A stretch of 64,000 nt of DNA from NCBI GenBank assembly GCA_018657765.1, contig JABHWM010000020.1:18786-82785 (forward strand), read 5' to 3'. The notes under the pieces are model-generated. The model had not been told where the DNA came from, did no database searches, and saw only the letters and a program-made list of their open reading frames with translations. The position numbers were made by a program, and so were the translations under genes. Origin of the DNA: Minisyncoccota bacterium (GTDB lineage: Bacteria; Patescibacteriota; Microgenomatia; UBA1400; PJMF01). Of the stretch, positions 51,894 through 61,497 are shown one piece after another. Position 1 is the stretch's first letter. The number at the start of each line of letters is the position of its first letter.

Positions 51894-52781
51894 ATGCCAA
51901 TAAAACAAGAAAATTTAGCTAGAGAGACTGCTATTAAAGCAGCTTTAGAAGCAAAACAAAGACTAGATGAAGGAGAAAAAATAGCTCTAGAGGATAGAAC
52001 TGCTAGTGCTTTTAAAGAAGAAGATTTCCAAGCAAAACATTTTGAAATTGTGAATACTATTATGATGGATGGTAGCAGTGAAATAGCATCTGATTATCCT
52101 GAAAAAAATCTTAGACAAATAAGACATGTCATGGCAAAAGCCATAGAACAATCCAGTAATGTTTTTCGTAAGTTTACTGGAGAAGATGCCCTACCTGTAT
52201 ACACAACTGATAAGAAAAAAACTTCAGAATATGCAGAAGCTATAGATATCACTGGTCCTATATCAGCAGAATTTGCTCAAGAACTTCTAGAAGTTGCTGG
52301 ACTAGAAGAAGTAAATGCAGCTGAACTTCTTGGTAAACTGTCTTTTACAAATTTGCTGGAATATAGCTATAGAAAAATAACAGGAAATGAAATAACAGAG
52401 GACTTATCTAAAGTAACTGAGGAAGAAATAGAAGCTATTCTTTCAGAGGTTGCCCCAGAAGAAAACCGCTGGGACTTTGATAATGAAGTTATTGATAGCA
52501 TTAACTATAGCCAAGGAGAAAATCTCTCTGATGCTGAAAAGAAAGCAATGGATTTGTTATTTATTTTGATGAACCAACTCTGGAAAGTACAACAAGTTCA
52601 TCGAGCCACATTTGAAGATGCCAGTCATAGAATTTCTTCTAGAGAAAATGTTGATTATCAGACCTATGAAGGATATTTGGCTTATGCCTATGATGAATTC
52701 AGCGACAAATCCTCTCTCCATGGACTCATTAATGCAGGATATGGAGTTCAAAAAGATTTGATGATTTATTTGAGAAAATAA
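51894..52781 (+). CDS. Hypothetical acidic cytoplasmic protein
   Basis: Long ORF, likely ATG 51894; no recognisable motif. Confidence 0.75.
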   Translation: MPIKQENLARETAIKAALEAKQRLDEGEKIALEDRTASAFKEEDFQAKHFEIVNTIMMDGSSEIASDYPEKNLRQIRHVMAKAIEQSSNVFRKFTGEDALPVYTTDKKKTSEYAEAIDITGPISAEFAQELLEVAGLEEVNAAELLGKLSFTNLLEYSYRKITGNEITEDLSKVTEEEIEAILSEVAPEENRWDFDNEVIDSINYSQGENLSDAEKKAMDLLFILMNQLWKVQQVHRATFEDASHRISSRENVDYQTYEGYLAYAYDEFSDKSSLHGLINAGYGVQKDLMIYLRK

Positions 52782-52783
52782 AA

Positions 52784-52805
52784 AAATCCCCTTCGGGATT
52801 TCTTT
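52784..52805. terminator. Intrinsic terminator
   Basis: AAATCCC-CTTC-GGGATTT flanked by A and T runs. Confidence 0.6.
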
Positions 52806-52819
52806 ATTTTGTGTTATTT

Positions 52820-52845
52820 TGTGCCGAGAGAGGGAATCTACCCTC
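52820..52845 (-). repeat. Duplicated 3' end of tRNA-Leu (att-like direct repeat)
   Basis: TGTGCCGAGAGAGGGAATC is identical to 52988-53006, followed by TACCCTC versus GAACCCTC. Confidence 0.9.
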
Positions 52846-52959
52846 CGGGTATTAGCCATGCGCTTCGACTTTCAATTATTTCTGAGTGTTACTACCTCGC
52901 TTGGCGGTAGAACCTATCTCGCTCTGCTCGACCTTCAATTCACTTTAGCTCACCACAAA

Positions 52960-52984
52960 TTAAAAACCCCTAAAGGGGTTTTAA
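52960..52984. terminator. Hairpin terminator downstream of tRNA-Leu
   Basis: TTAAAAACCCC-TAAA-GGGGTTTTAA. Confidence 0.7.
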
Positions 52985-52989
52985 ATCTG

Positions 52990-53073
52990 TGCCGAGAGAG
53001 GGAATCGAACCCTCACGAAGTTGCCTTCATGGGTTTTTGAGACCCACGCGTCTACCAATTCCGCCACCTCGGC
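52990..53073 (-). tRNA. tRNA-Leu (CAA); CCA not encoded
   Basis: Reverse complement GCCGAGGTGGCGGAATTGGTAGACGCGTGGGTCTCAAAAACCCATGAAGGCAACTTCGTGAGGGTTCGATTCCCTCTCTCGGCA, with a long variable arm. Confidence 0.96.
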
Positions 53074-53141
53074 TAATTAATGTTAGTGATTATATCACTT
53101 CTATCTTGCTTTTTCCCTCAAACCTCGGCATAGTATTAGAG

Positions 53142-53375
53142 ATGGAAATTTTACAAGACATTCTTCAAAAATCATTTGCTGTAGATAGTATTTGGTCTAT
53201 AGTTACTAGAGGTCTCATTTGGCTCGGGGTTGCGATGGTTGTTATCGTCAGTATGGATAAACCAGATCCAGATAAATCACTCAAAGACCTCAAATCAAAT
53301 CTTGGTTTCTTCTTGTTCTTTACAGTGATAACTGGAGGACTTATTTATATGCTATTTGGTTTTACAGCGGCTTAA
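53142..53375 (+). CDS. Small two-TM membrane protein (77 aa)
   Basis: Real start MEILQD at 53142; the upstream part of the track ORF overlaps the tRNA. Confidence 0.75.
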   Translation: MEILQDILQKSFAVDSIWSIVTRGLIWLGVAMVVIVSMDKPDPDKSLKDLKSNLGFFLFFTVITGGLIYMLFGFTAA

Positions 53376-53466
53376 AACTAGAACTAACTAAAATCTCCAA
53401 AAAAATTAGAAGCTCTCAACAATATTACAATTAAAAATTTGAAAAAATAATTAGAGATTAACTACT

Positions 53467-54777
53467 CTACCCAGCAACCTTTTGCTCCATACCATAAAAA
53501 CGAATACGATCACCTCTAAAGAAGAGTTCTACCTCGCCCATGGCACCATTTCTATGTTTAGCTATTTTTAAAGTAACCTGCTCTCTAATGTCATCATCTT
53601 TTCTATACAAAAACATCACTACATCAGCATCTTGCTCTATAGATCCAGATTCACGAAGATCAGATAATTGAGGTGATTTTTCTCCTCTACTTTCGATAGC
53701 ACGAGAAAGCTGAGCCAAAGCCAAAACAGGAATCTTCAATTCACGAGCAATGTTCTTCAAACCTTGAGAAATTTCACCAACTTCCTGAACACGATTATCT
53801 CTTGTTCTACCGTGAGCTAGCTGCAAATAATCAACAACTAATAAATCTATTTGTTGCTCTGTCATCAGTTTTCTAGCTTTGGTTCTCATCTCATAGATAC
53901 TCATACCAGGGGTATCATCGATATATATCTGTGCATCAGCCAAAACTCCCATAGCATCAGATAACTTCAAAAAGTCCTGTTGATCCAAACGACCCGTCTT
54001 CAACTTCCAAGCATCGATATCTGCCTGAGAAACTAATAAACGATCTACTAATTCTTCTTTACTCATTTCCAAAGAAAATAAGCCAACTTTTTTATTATGC
54101 AAAACAGAAGTACTCTGAGCGATATTCAAAGAAAAAGCTGTCTTACCAGTACCAGGACGTGCAGCTAAAATAATAAGGTTAGACTTCTGGAATCCAGCCA
54201 ACATCCTATCCAGATCTTGAAAACCAGTTGGACAACCACGTAGCTGTCCTCCATGCTTTTGTAATTCATCAATACGATCAAAACTTTCTACTAAGGTATT
54301 TTTCAAAGGAATAAATGATTTTGAAGAATGAGCCTGAGAAACACTCAAGACCTTTTGCTCAGCAAGATCCAGAATATCTTTGGCATTCTTTGATTCATCA
54401 AAAGCCAACTCACTTACTTCTCCACCAAGGGAGATAAGTCTTCTTTTGACATTCTTTTCTTGAACAATCTTGGCATAGTTAGCTGCATTAGCCGCAGTAG
54501 AAAGTGTGTTAGAAAGCTCTGTCAGCTCTGATGCTCCTCCAGCTTTTGTCAAAAGTTTTTTCTTTTTTAACTGAGCTGTCAAAGTAACAACATCGATTGG
54601 ATCTCTTTTTTCATAGAGATCTTGCATTGCCTCGAAAATAACTTGATGTTTAGGCTGATAAAAACTTTTTGGACCCAGATGTTCTGAAACCCTCACAATA
54701 GCATCAGGATCAATCAAAACAGCCGCTAATACAGAGCGTTCTGCTTCATTATCATATGGCGGAATTCTTGCATTCAT
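53467..54777 (-). CDS. dnaB: Replicative DNA helicase
   Basis: AARPGTGKT, FSLEMS, VVDYLQL, QLSR, DLRESGSIEQDAD, KHRNG; start ATG 54777. Confidence 0.97.
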   Translation of the reverse strand: MNARIPPYDNEAERSVLAAVLIDPDAIVRVSEHLGPKSFYQPKHQVIFEAMQDLYEKRDPIDVVTLTAQLKKKKLLTKAGGASELTELSNTLSTAANAANYAKIVQEKNVKRRLISLGGEVSELAFDESKNAKDILDLAEQKVLSVSQAHSSKSFIPLKNTLVESFDRIDELQKHGGQLRGCPTGFQDLDRMLAGFQKSNLIILAARPGTGKTAFSLNIAQSTSVLHNKKVGLFSLEMSKEELVDRLLVSQADIDAWKLKTGRLDQQDFLKLSDAMGVLADAQIYIDDTPGMSIYEMRTKARKLMTEQQIDLLVVDYLQLAHGRTRDNRVQEVGEISQGLKNIARELKIPVLALAQLSRAIESRGEKSPQLSDLRESGSIEQDADVVMFLYRKDDDIREQVTLKIAKHRNGAMGEVELFFRGDRIRFYGMEQKVAG

Positions 54778-54836
54778 TTTACTCAATGTACCATTCCCAC
54801 ACGTAGAGTCAATAGAGTTAACAAAGAATTAACAAT

Positions 54837-55502
54837 CTAAGTGCGTTCAATAATTACCAGCTCTTTTTCCTCTGGTAAACGGTCTTTCTCTACTTTTAGT
54901 TTATCTACAGTTTCTACTTTTTCTGCACCGAATTCTTTGACAAATTCTGACAATTCTTGGAGTTCTCCAAACTTTCCAGCATCATGCGCCGAAGTTTTGA
55001 AATGCATTGGAACTACATATCCAGGTTCTAATGATTTGACTGCAGCTACGGCTTGCTTTGCATTGATAGTATAAACCCCTCCAACAGGAACAAGTAATAT
55101 ATCTACAGCCCCGATTTCTTTAATTGTCTCTGCAGTAAGTTCATGACCTAACTCACCCAAATGACAAACCCTAATTCCATCAATAATAATCGTAAAAATA
55201 CGATTTTCTCTTTTTTCCTCTTCTGCATCCTTACTAACTTGAGCAGATTTTACTCCAAAGACAGAAATTCCACCGACTTCATACTCTCCTAAGTTATTAA
55301 CTACAAAAGGTTTTTTCCTTCTGGACGTACCAGAAACTGCAGAAGAATTATTATGACTACTATTATCGTGAGAGATAGTAACTATGTCAGCACTCAAGTT
55401 AGGCATAGAAAAACCAACCGAGCTACTGAATGGGTCTACAACGACTGTTCCTAGTTTACCCTTAAGCTTAAAACAAGAATGTCCGTGATATGTAAGAATC
55501 AT
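54837..55502 (-). CDS. MBL-fold protein (Lactamase_B_3 type) with altered metal ligands
   Basis: GHSCF, VDPF, SHDNSSH, HLGELGH, PVGG.YT, PMH. Confidence 0.85.
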   Translation of the reverse strand: MILTYHGHSCFKLKGKLGTVVVDPFSSSVGFSMPNLSADIVTISHDNSSHNNSSAVSGTSRRKKPFVVNNLGEYEVGGISVFGVKSAQVSKDAEEEKRENRIFTIIIDGIRVCHLGELGHELTAETIKEIGAVDILLVPVGGVYTINAKQAVAAVKSLEPGYVVPMHFKTSAHDAGKFGELQELSEFVKEFGAEKVETVDKLKVEKDRLPEEKELVIIERT

Positions 55503-55620
55503 GTGTTTTTCCTTTTCCTTATAAATTTTTTTATAAAAACTGTATATTTATGTATTGATAATACCATTCGTTACAAATCATTTATAATACAATTCACGAC
55601 TTTTATAAAAGTACCTGTTT

Positions 55621-56112
55621 ATGAAAAAAGAAACTATCATTGCTATTTTGGTTGGACTATCACTAGGACTCTTCATTACCTATGGTGTCTACCAGGCAAA
55701 AACTAGCATCTCACCAGAAAGTGATAAAGATCAAGAAATTCTTTCTTTAACACCAGCCCCAGAAAATGAATTTTCTGGAGAACTAGTTCTTAATAGCCCA
55801 GAAAATGAAATAATCCAAGAAGATAGCTCTATTAGTGTTTCTGGAACAACCCTTCCAAATAGCTTTGTTGTTATTTTTGTCGATAATAAAGAAACAATTA
55901 CATCCTCTGATGAATCTGGAAACTTCTCTATAGAGATTTCCTTAGAAAATGGTCTTAACATTATTACAATCACTGTCCTTGATGAAAATGGTAGATCGAT
56001 TTCTACAGAAAGAACAGTTATAGTCAGTGATGACCCTCTTGTTTCAGCTTCAGAAGCCTCTGATTCTGCTGAAGTAGATTCTAGTGAAGAAACAACAACT
56101 GGAAATAATTAA
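55621..56112 (+). CDS. Membrane-anchored Ig-like domain protein
   Basis: N-terminal TM; SP.N...VSGTT...GNFS..ISLENGLN.ITITV.DENG. Confidence 0.75.
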   Translation: MKKETIIAILVGLSLGLFITYGVYQAKTSISPESDKDQEILSLTPAPENEFSGELVLNSPENEIIQEDSSISVSGTTLPNSFVVIFVDNKETITSSDESGNFSIEISLENGLNIITITVLDENGRSISTERTVIVSDDPLVSASEASDSAEVDSSEETTTGNN

Positions 56113-56116
56113 AAAT

Positions 56117-56848
56117 ATGCAAAAAAAAATCACAGCATTATTTGTTACTACCCTTTTCATTATCATCAGCAGTATGTTTATAAATCTTTCTCAAAATGCT
56201 GTTTATGCCCAAGAAAATCAAGATGAAACTGATACAACACCAACCACTACTGAAAAGTTGAAAGAAAGAATAGAAAAAATAGTAGAACAAAGAAAAGATA
56301 AAGTAGAACAAGTACTTGGAAATATCTCTTCACAGAAAAAAGGATTTATTGGACAAGTCTCTAGAGTATCAGAAACAACTCTGACTCTAGATGTTATCGG
56401 TACAACCAGAGTTGTTCCTTTTGATAAAACAGTCTCTCTCTTGAAAAATACCGATAGTGCAAATAATACTGAAGGTAAAGAAACCTCTACAGAAAATATT
56501 TCTGTAGATAACTGGGCTCTAGTCATGGGGATGTGGGAAGATGACACCTTAACCCCTAGAAAAATAATAATTTTTGAAAAATCACCTAGACCTGATACTC
56601 ATATTGTTTCATTGGGATCTCTTCAAAAGATTAACAAGAACTCAATCAAGTTCCAAGCTAGAGGTAAAGAAGAAGTCTTGTCCATAACTTTAAATAACAA
56701 TACAACCTTTGAAGATTTTAATGGTGAAGAAGCCATCGTCTCTAGATTTACAGAAGAAGATCAAGCTTTAGTAGTAGGTTACAAAACTGATAAAGGCTCA
56801 TATGCCACTACTATCAGAGCTTTAGCTCCTTTTTCTAAAGAAGAATAA
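56117..56848 (+). CDS. Secreted protein with two beta-barrel (DUF5666-like) repeats
   Basis: Signal peptide ending VYA|Q; two similar modules ending ALVMG and ALVVG; ATG 56117. Confidence 0.65.
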   Translation: MQKKITALFVTTLFIIISSMFINLSQNAVYAQENQDETDTTPTTTEKLKERIEKIVEQRKDKVEQVLGNISSQKKGFIGQVSRVSETTLTLDVIGTTRVVPFDKTVSLLKNTDSANNTEGKETSTENISVDNWALVMGMWEDDTLTPRKIIIFEKSPRPDTHIVSLGSLQKINKNSIKFQARGKEEVLSITLNNNTTFEDFNGEEAIVSRFTEEDQALVVGYKTDKGSYATTIRALAPFSKEE

Positions 56849-56850
56849 TT

Positions 56851-57927
56851 ATGACTTCAGTCACTCACTTTTACGCAAAACGACTAAAAATAATTCAAAA
56901 AAACATCTCACCAAATCAAGCATTCCTAATTTCAAAACCAACAGACATTACTCACCTAACTGGTTTTCCGCAACTTGTTCCAGAAGAAAGAGAAGCTCTA
57001 CTTTGCTTAACTCACAAAAAAGCATTCTTGTTTCACCACAGCTTTAGTCCAACTATTCCTCACTTTCCAGAGCTCACATATATCCCCCAAACTAATCTTA
57101 AAAGAATTCGGCAAACATTAGAACAAGAAAGTATAGAAACAGTTCAGATAGATGAACAAACTCTGACAGCAGAAGAATATAAATTCTTTTACAACCATTT
57201 TCAAGAAAAACTAACAACTTGTGCACCTGAATATTTTTGGCAATTTCGCCTAGAAAAAGATGAACTAGCTCTCACCTACCAACAAAAAGCTGGAAAAATA
57301 ATTGCTCAAGTACTAGAACTAATTCCAAAATCCTTTTATGAAGGAATTACTGAAAAACAACTCGCTGGAAAAATAATTGGAACGATGATGGAAATGGGAG
57401 CTGAAGCACCAGCTTTTCCTACTATAGTGGCTTTTGGTGAGCATGGAGCACTTCCCCACCACCAACCTACAGATAAAAAACTCAAGAAGGAAACAGCTGT
57501 TCTAATAGATGCTGGAGCAAGATTCAATGGTTATCGTTCTGATATGACTCGCACTTTTTGGTTTGGTGAAAACCCTGATGAAGAATTTATTTCCATAGAA
57601 AAAATAGTCAAAACTGCCTATAAAAAAGCTGTCACACTAATTAAGAATGGTCCAGAAAATAAGACTGTAAAAGATATTGATGATGCTGCCAGAAATTATA
57701 TTGATACTCAAGGATTTAGCGAAGAATTTGTCCACACCACCGGGCACGGCATCGGTCTAGATATTCATGAGCCACCATCTGTCTCTTGGTCTAACACTAC
57801 CCCTCTAAAATCAAACATTACTTTTACTATAGAACCAGGTATTTACCTAAAAAATAAATTTGGCTATCGATTTGAAGATACTATTCACTTATCAGATAAA
57901 GGATATACTGTTCTTACAAAGATTTAA
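56851..57927 (+). CDS. Xaa-Pro aminopeptidase (M24B)
   Basis: IDAGA, SDMTRT, HTTGHGIGLDIHE, TIEPGIY, RFED. Confidence 0.94.
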   Translation: MTSVTHFYAKRLKIIQKNISPNQAFLISKPTDITHLTGFPQLVPEEREALLCLTHKKAFLFHHSFSPTIPHFPELTYIPQTNLKRIRQTLEQESIETVQIDEQTLTAEEYKFFYNHFQEKLTTCAPEYFWQFRLEKDELALTYQQKAGKIIAQVLELIPKSFYEGITEKQLAGKIIGTMMEMGAEAPAFPTIVAFGEHGALPHHQPTDKKLKKETAVLIDAGARFNGYRSDMTRTFWFGENPDEEFISIEKIVKTAYKKAVTLIKNGPENKTVKDIDDAARNYIDTQGFSEEFVHTTGHGIGLDIHEPPSVSWSNTTPLKSNITFTIEPGIYLKNKFGYRFEDTIHLSDKGYTVLTKI

Positions 57928-57967
57928 CAAAATAGAAACTTTTAAAAAATAAGTATTCAGAAAAATA

Positions 57968-58504
57968 ATGATCATAAGACAACTTACAGGAGCCGATGCT
58001 CTAATTTATAAAGAACTGAGACTCCAAGCACTACAAAACAATCCAGAAAGCTACTTGGCTACTTTTGAATCAGAGGTCAGACGATCTATCGAGTCCTTTG
58101 CCTCCGAACTTCGTTATGCTTTCTCTCCACCAATATTTGGCTATTATGGAATCTTTGTAAATAAAAAAGACAAAAATGGAAAAACAAAAGAAAAACTAGT
58201 TGGCTATACTCACTTGGATAAATCTTACTTGGAAAAACAACAACATATTGCTTTTATGTATAACCTCTATGTTGACCCTGAATATCGAGGCCAAGGTCTA
58301 GCTACCAAAGTTTTTGAATTCTTACTCAAAGAAACTCAAGAAAAAACAAATGTAGAACGAATCTTTCTCTCATGTAATAGGAAAAACATCCCTGCTCAAA
58401 AACTATATAAAAAACTAGGATTTACCGAATATGGGGTCAAAGAAAAAAGCGTCAAATATAATGGGAAGTATGATGATGAGGTCGAGTTAGTAAAAGAAAT
58501 TTAG
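57968..58504 (+). CDS. GNAT family N-acetyltransferase
   Basis: YVDPEYRGQGLA, N.PAQKLYKKLGF. Confidence 0.92.
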   Translation: MIIRQLTGADALIYKELRLQALQNNPESYLATFESEVRRSIESFASELRYAFSPPIFGYYGIFVNKKDKNGKTKEKLVGYTHLDKSYLEKQQHIAFMYNLYVDPEYRGQGLATKVFEFLLKETQEKTNVERIFLSCNRKNIPAQKLYKKLGFTEYGVKEKSVKYNGKYDDEVELVKEI

Positions 58505-58518
58505 GTTACAATAGAAAT

Positions 58519-59334
58519 ATGTTTAATTTTTTCAAAAAAACCCTTACTGAAGAACAGATGAAACAAATGGATAAAACCATCGAGAAATTCAAGAAAAATC
58601 CTCATCAATTCCGTTTTACAGTCATGTTCTTTATTTCTTCAATAATTTTTGGCTTATTATCGATTTTCCTCTTACAACAAAAATTTTCACTTCTCATGAA
58701 AGAAGGAAAACCAGAAATAAGAGAAATCGTAAAAGAAATATTCGTTACTCCTCCTCCTAAAACTTCTATCACCCCTTCACCAGAGGCCACCTCTGAAGCC
58801 GAAATAATAGAAGAAACTTCTTGGATTCTAGAAAAAAGTGAATCATGTAATGTTTTAATACCGATTTCTCCATACAAAGCTAGTTACGAAGATAATAATA
58901 CTATTACACGAAGCTGGAGCTCTTACTCAATGACTGCTGGGAATGATTTTCCAACTCCCTTCTTAGATATTTTCAATTATGTAACAATTAATATTTTTAA
59001 AAGCAATGAAGATACAAGCGAAAATCCTAGAGGGATGATTTCTATCTATTGTAATAACAATGTAGACAAAATTAGTGATAATGACTTAAAAAATAAGATT
59101 ATCTCTTCAGCCGAAGAGATTGGTCTTTCTATTACTGAAACTGAAGAAGTAGAAAAATGGGATAAAAAATCTACAAAACTTCTATTTTCTGGAGGAAAGT
59201 TTGAGGGGAAAATCTTTTATGCCTTCACAACAGATAAACATCTCTATCTAATTGGTTATGAAAATACTCACAACGACCAACCAGTAATTGATGATACATT
59301 GAGAAGTTTTAATAACCTTATCTTTCTTGATTAA
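58519..59334 (+). CDS. Hypothetical single-TM protein with Pro/Thr linker
   Basis: One TM segment, TPPPKTSITPSP linker, extracellular domain with 2 Cys. Confidence 0.75.
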   Translation: MFNFFKKTLTEEQMKQMDKTIEKFKKNPHQFRFTVMFFISSIIFGLLSIFLLQQKFSLLMKEGKPEIREIVKEIFVTPPPKTSITPSPEATSEAEIIEETSWILEKSESCNVLIPISPYKASYEDNNTITRSWSSYSMTAGNDFPTPFLDIFNYVTINIFKSNEDTSENPRGMISIYCNNNVDKISDNDLKNKIISSAEEIGLSITETEEVEKWDKKSTKLLFSGGKFEGKIFYAFTTDKHLYLIGYENTHNDQPVIDDTLRSFNNLIFLD

Positions 59335-59344
59335 AACTTTTCTC

Positions 59345-59373
59345 TTGACTAATCTCCTATTTTCTTATAGGAT
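59345..59373 (+). promoter_or_regulatory. Promoter of the His leader / hisS
   Basis: TTGACT-17 nt-TAGGAT. Confidence 0.6.
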
Positions 59374-59382
59374 ACTAAGTAT

Positions 59383-59433
59383 ATGTTAAATATTGCTGTT
59401 ATTTCAGCTCATCACCATACCCTCCTCTGCTAA
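59383..59433 (+). CDS. His leader peptide MLNIAVISAHHHTLLC
   Basis: 16-codon ORF with tandem CAT CAC CAT upstream of hisS, overlapping alternative hairpins. Confidence 0.8.
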   Translation: MLNIAVISAHHHTLLC

Positions 59434-59486
59434 AGTGTGGGATGTGATTGTATTGACATAAATTACCCGCACTTAGCGGGTTTTTT
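59409..59486 (+). promoter_or_regulatory. Transcription attenuator (protector / antiterminator / terminator)
   Basis: Terminator ACCCGC-ACTTA-GCGGGT-TTTTT (59465-59486); antiterminator CTAAAGTGTGGG (59430-59441) pairs with CCCGCACTTAG (59466-59476). Confidence 0.8.
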
Positions 59487-59612
59487 GATGGCTTAAAATA
59501 AAAAGCTATCCTAGAACCTGAAAAAACAGAGGATAAAGAAAAACCTGTAAATAAAAATTAATACAATCAAAGTACAATAAGATTAACGATAATAAGAAAG
59601 AAAAAATATAAA

Positions 59613-60899
59613 ATGAAAAAAAATAAACAACAAGGTGAATTGCAAAGCAAGAGAGGGTACCCTGGGGTATTACTACAACCACTCAAGGGATTCCGTGATT
59701 TTCTGCCTGCAGAAAAACAAGCACGTAACTTTGTGATGGATAAAATAACAGAGACTTTCGAGACTTTTGGTTTTCAACCACTCGAGACACCTACTCTAGA
59801 GTATGCTTCTCTTCTCCTGGGTAAATATGGTGATGAAGCAGATAAACTAGTCTATACATTCGAGGATCGAGGAAACAGAAAAATCGGCCTTAGATATGAT
59901 CAGACAGTTCCTAGTGCCAGAATATTAGCCCAATACCAGGATAAATTACCAAAATACTTCCGTCGTTATCAAATCCAGAATGTATTCCGGGCAGATAAAC
60001 CACAAAAAGGTCGCTATAGAGAATTTACTCAGTGTGACATTGATGTTTTTGGTAGCACTTCTCCCCTGGCAGATGCCGAGATCATGGCTTGTACTTACAA
60101 GGCTTTTCAGAATGTAGGGTTTAATAAAATAATCTTGAAATTTAATGACCGAGAAACCCTAATCAAAACCATAAAGCCTTTTGTTACAGAAACGGTGGAT
60201 GTTTTTTCTATTATTCAAAGCATTGATAAATTAGACAAAATGAAACCCGAAGATGTAGTAGCAGAACTAGTCAAAAAAGGCCTTGAAAAGGCTGATGCAG
60301 AGAAAGCTTTGACATCTATAAAAAATGCTGAAAAATCAGCTAATTTGAAAGAAATTGAACAAAATATGTATGATTTAGGAGTTCCTAAGGAAGCTGTAGA
60401 GTTTTCTCCTATATTAGCTCGTGGTTTGGACTACTACACTGGAGTTATTTTTGAAGTCATAATCCCAGAATATGGAGTTGGTTCATGTGGTGGAGGTGGT
60501 CGTTATGACAAACTTATCAATGATCTAGGTGGTCCAAACATTCCTGCTGTAGGTATTGCTTTTGGTTTCGATAGAATGGTTCAGGCTGCTACAGAACTGG
60601 ACATTATTCCTCAAGACCAAGGTGTGGAAATCTTGGTAGCAAATTTTGATGAGACAGTTCTACCTCAAACTCTTCAGGCAACAAAGAAACTACGAGAACA
60701 AGGAATCCGTACAGAACTCTATCCTGCCTTGGATAAACTAGGTAAACAGTTCAAGTATGCAAGTCAAAATAATATTCCTTATGTCTGTATAGTCGGTGAA
60801 GATGAAGCTAAAAACAATACTATTTCTATCAAAAACATGGCAACTGGAGAGCAAAAAACTCTTGCTTTGACAGAGATCATGAAGTATAGAGAGATTTAA
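59613..60899 (+). CDS. hisS: Histidine--tRNA ligase
   Basis: KGFRD, LRYDQTVP, GRYREFTQCD, RGLDYYTG, GGGRYD. Confidence 0.97.
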   Translation: MKKNKQQGELQSKRGYPGVLLQPLKGFRDFLPAEKQARNFVMDKITETFETFGFQPLETPTLEYASLLLGKYGDEADKLVYTFEDRGNRKIGLRYDQTVPSARILAQYQDKLPKYFRRYQIQNVFRADKPQKGRYREFTQCDIDVFGSTSPLADAEIMACTYKAFQNVGFNKIILKFNDRETLIKTIKPFVTETVDVFSIIQSIDKLDKMKPEDVVAELVKKGLEKADAEKALTSIKNAEKSANLKEIEQNMYDLGVPKEAVEFSPILARGLDYYTGVIFEVIIPEYGVGSCGGGGRYDKLINDLGGPNIPAVGIAFGFDRMVQAATELDIIPQDQGVEILVANFDETVLPQTLQATKKLREQGIRTELYPALDKLGKQFKYASQNNIPYVCIVGEDEAKNNTISIKNMATGEQKTLALTEIMKYREI

Positions 60900-61047
60900 G
60901 TATAAAAGATCTTCCTGTAGCAATAGCTATGGAAAGGTTTTTCTTTTTGGTAATTACCAGATACCATGATATAATCTCTTCTCGTCAAGATTGCGTCTAG
61001 TGACAATAATCAAGCGATAGTTTGAAGAAAATTCTTTAAGGAAAAAA

Positions 61048-61431
61048 ATGAAAGCAAATATACATCCAAAATGGCACCATGATTCAGTGGTCACTTGTAG
61101 CTGTGGTAACACCTTTACTACTGGTTCTACAGTAAAAACTATTACTGTTGATATTTGTAGTGCTTGTCACCCATTCTTTACTGGCGAAATGAGATTTGTT
61201 GATAGACAAGGTCGTGTTGATCGCTTCATGGCAAAGATGAAATTAGCAGAAAAGAAAAAAGCCGACGCAAAGAAAAAAGGCAGTAAAGCTGCTCCTGTTC
61301 TAAGTGAAGATTCTCAATCCTATCAAGATATCCTTAGAGATAAAAAATCTTCCATCAAGAAAGCTAAAAAAGCTTCTATTGTAGAAGACACCAAAGTAGT
61401 CGTCAAAAAAGACGAAACTCCAGCTAGTTAG
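61048..61431 (+). CDS. rpmE: 50S ribosomal protein L31 (Zn-binding form) with Lys-rich extension
   Basis: [27 protein letters not shown]. Confidence 0.96.
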   Translation: MKANIHPKWHHDSVVTCSCGNTFTTGSTVKTITVDICSACHPFFTGEMRFVDRQGRVDRFMAKMKLAEKKKADAKKKGSKAAPVLSEDSQSYQDILRDKKSSIKKAKKASIVEDTKVVVKKDETPAS

Positions 61432-61497
61432 CTCATAAAAAACTTGGTTTGTTCCTCCCCTATTTTTACAGGGTATAATGAGGGATATTCTTTTTGT

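Noticed and set aside
52819..53141. Track ORFs 52819-53040 and the 5' part of 52989-53375
   Set aside because: They overlap the tRNA-Leu gene and its repeat on the opposite strand; spurious.
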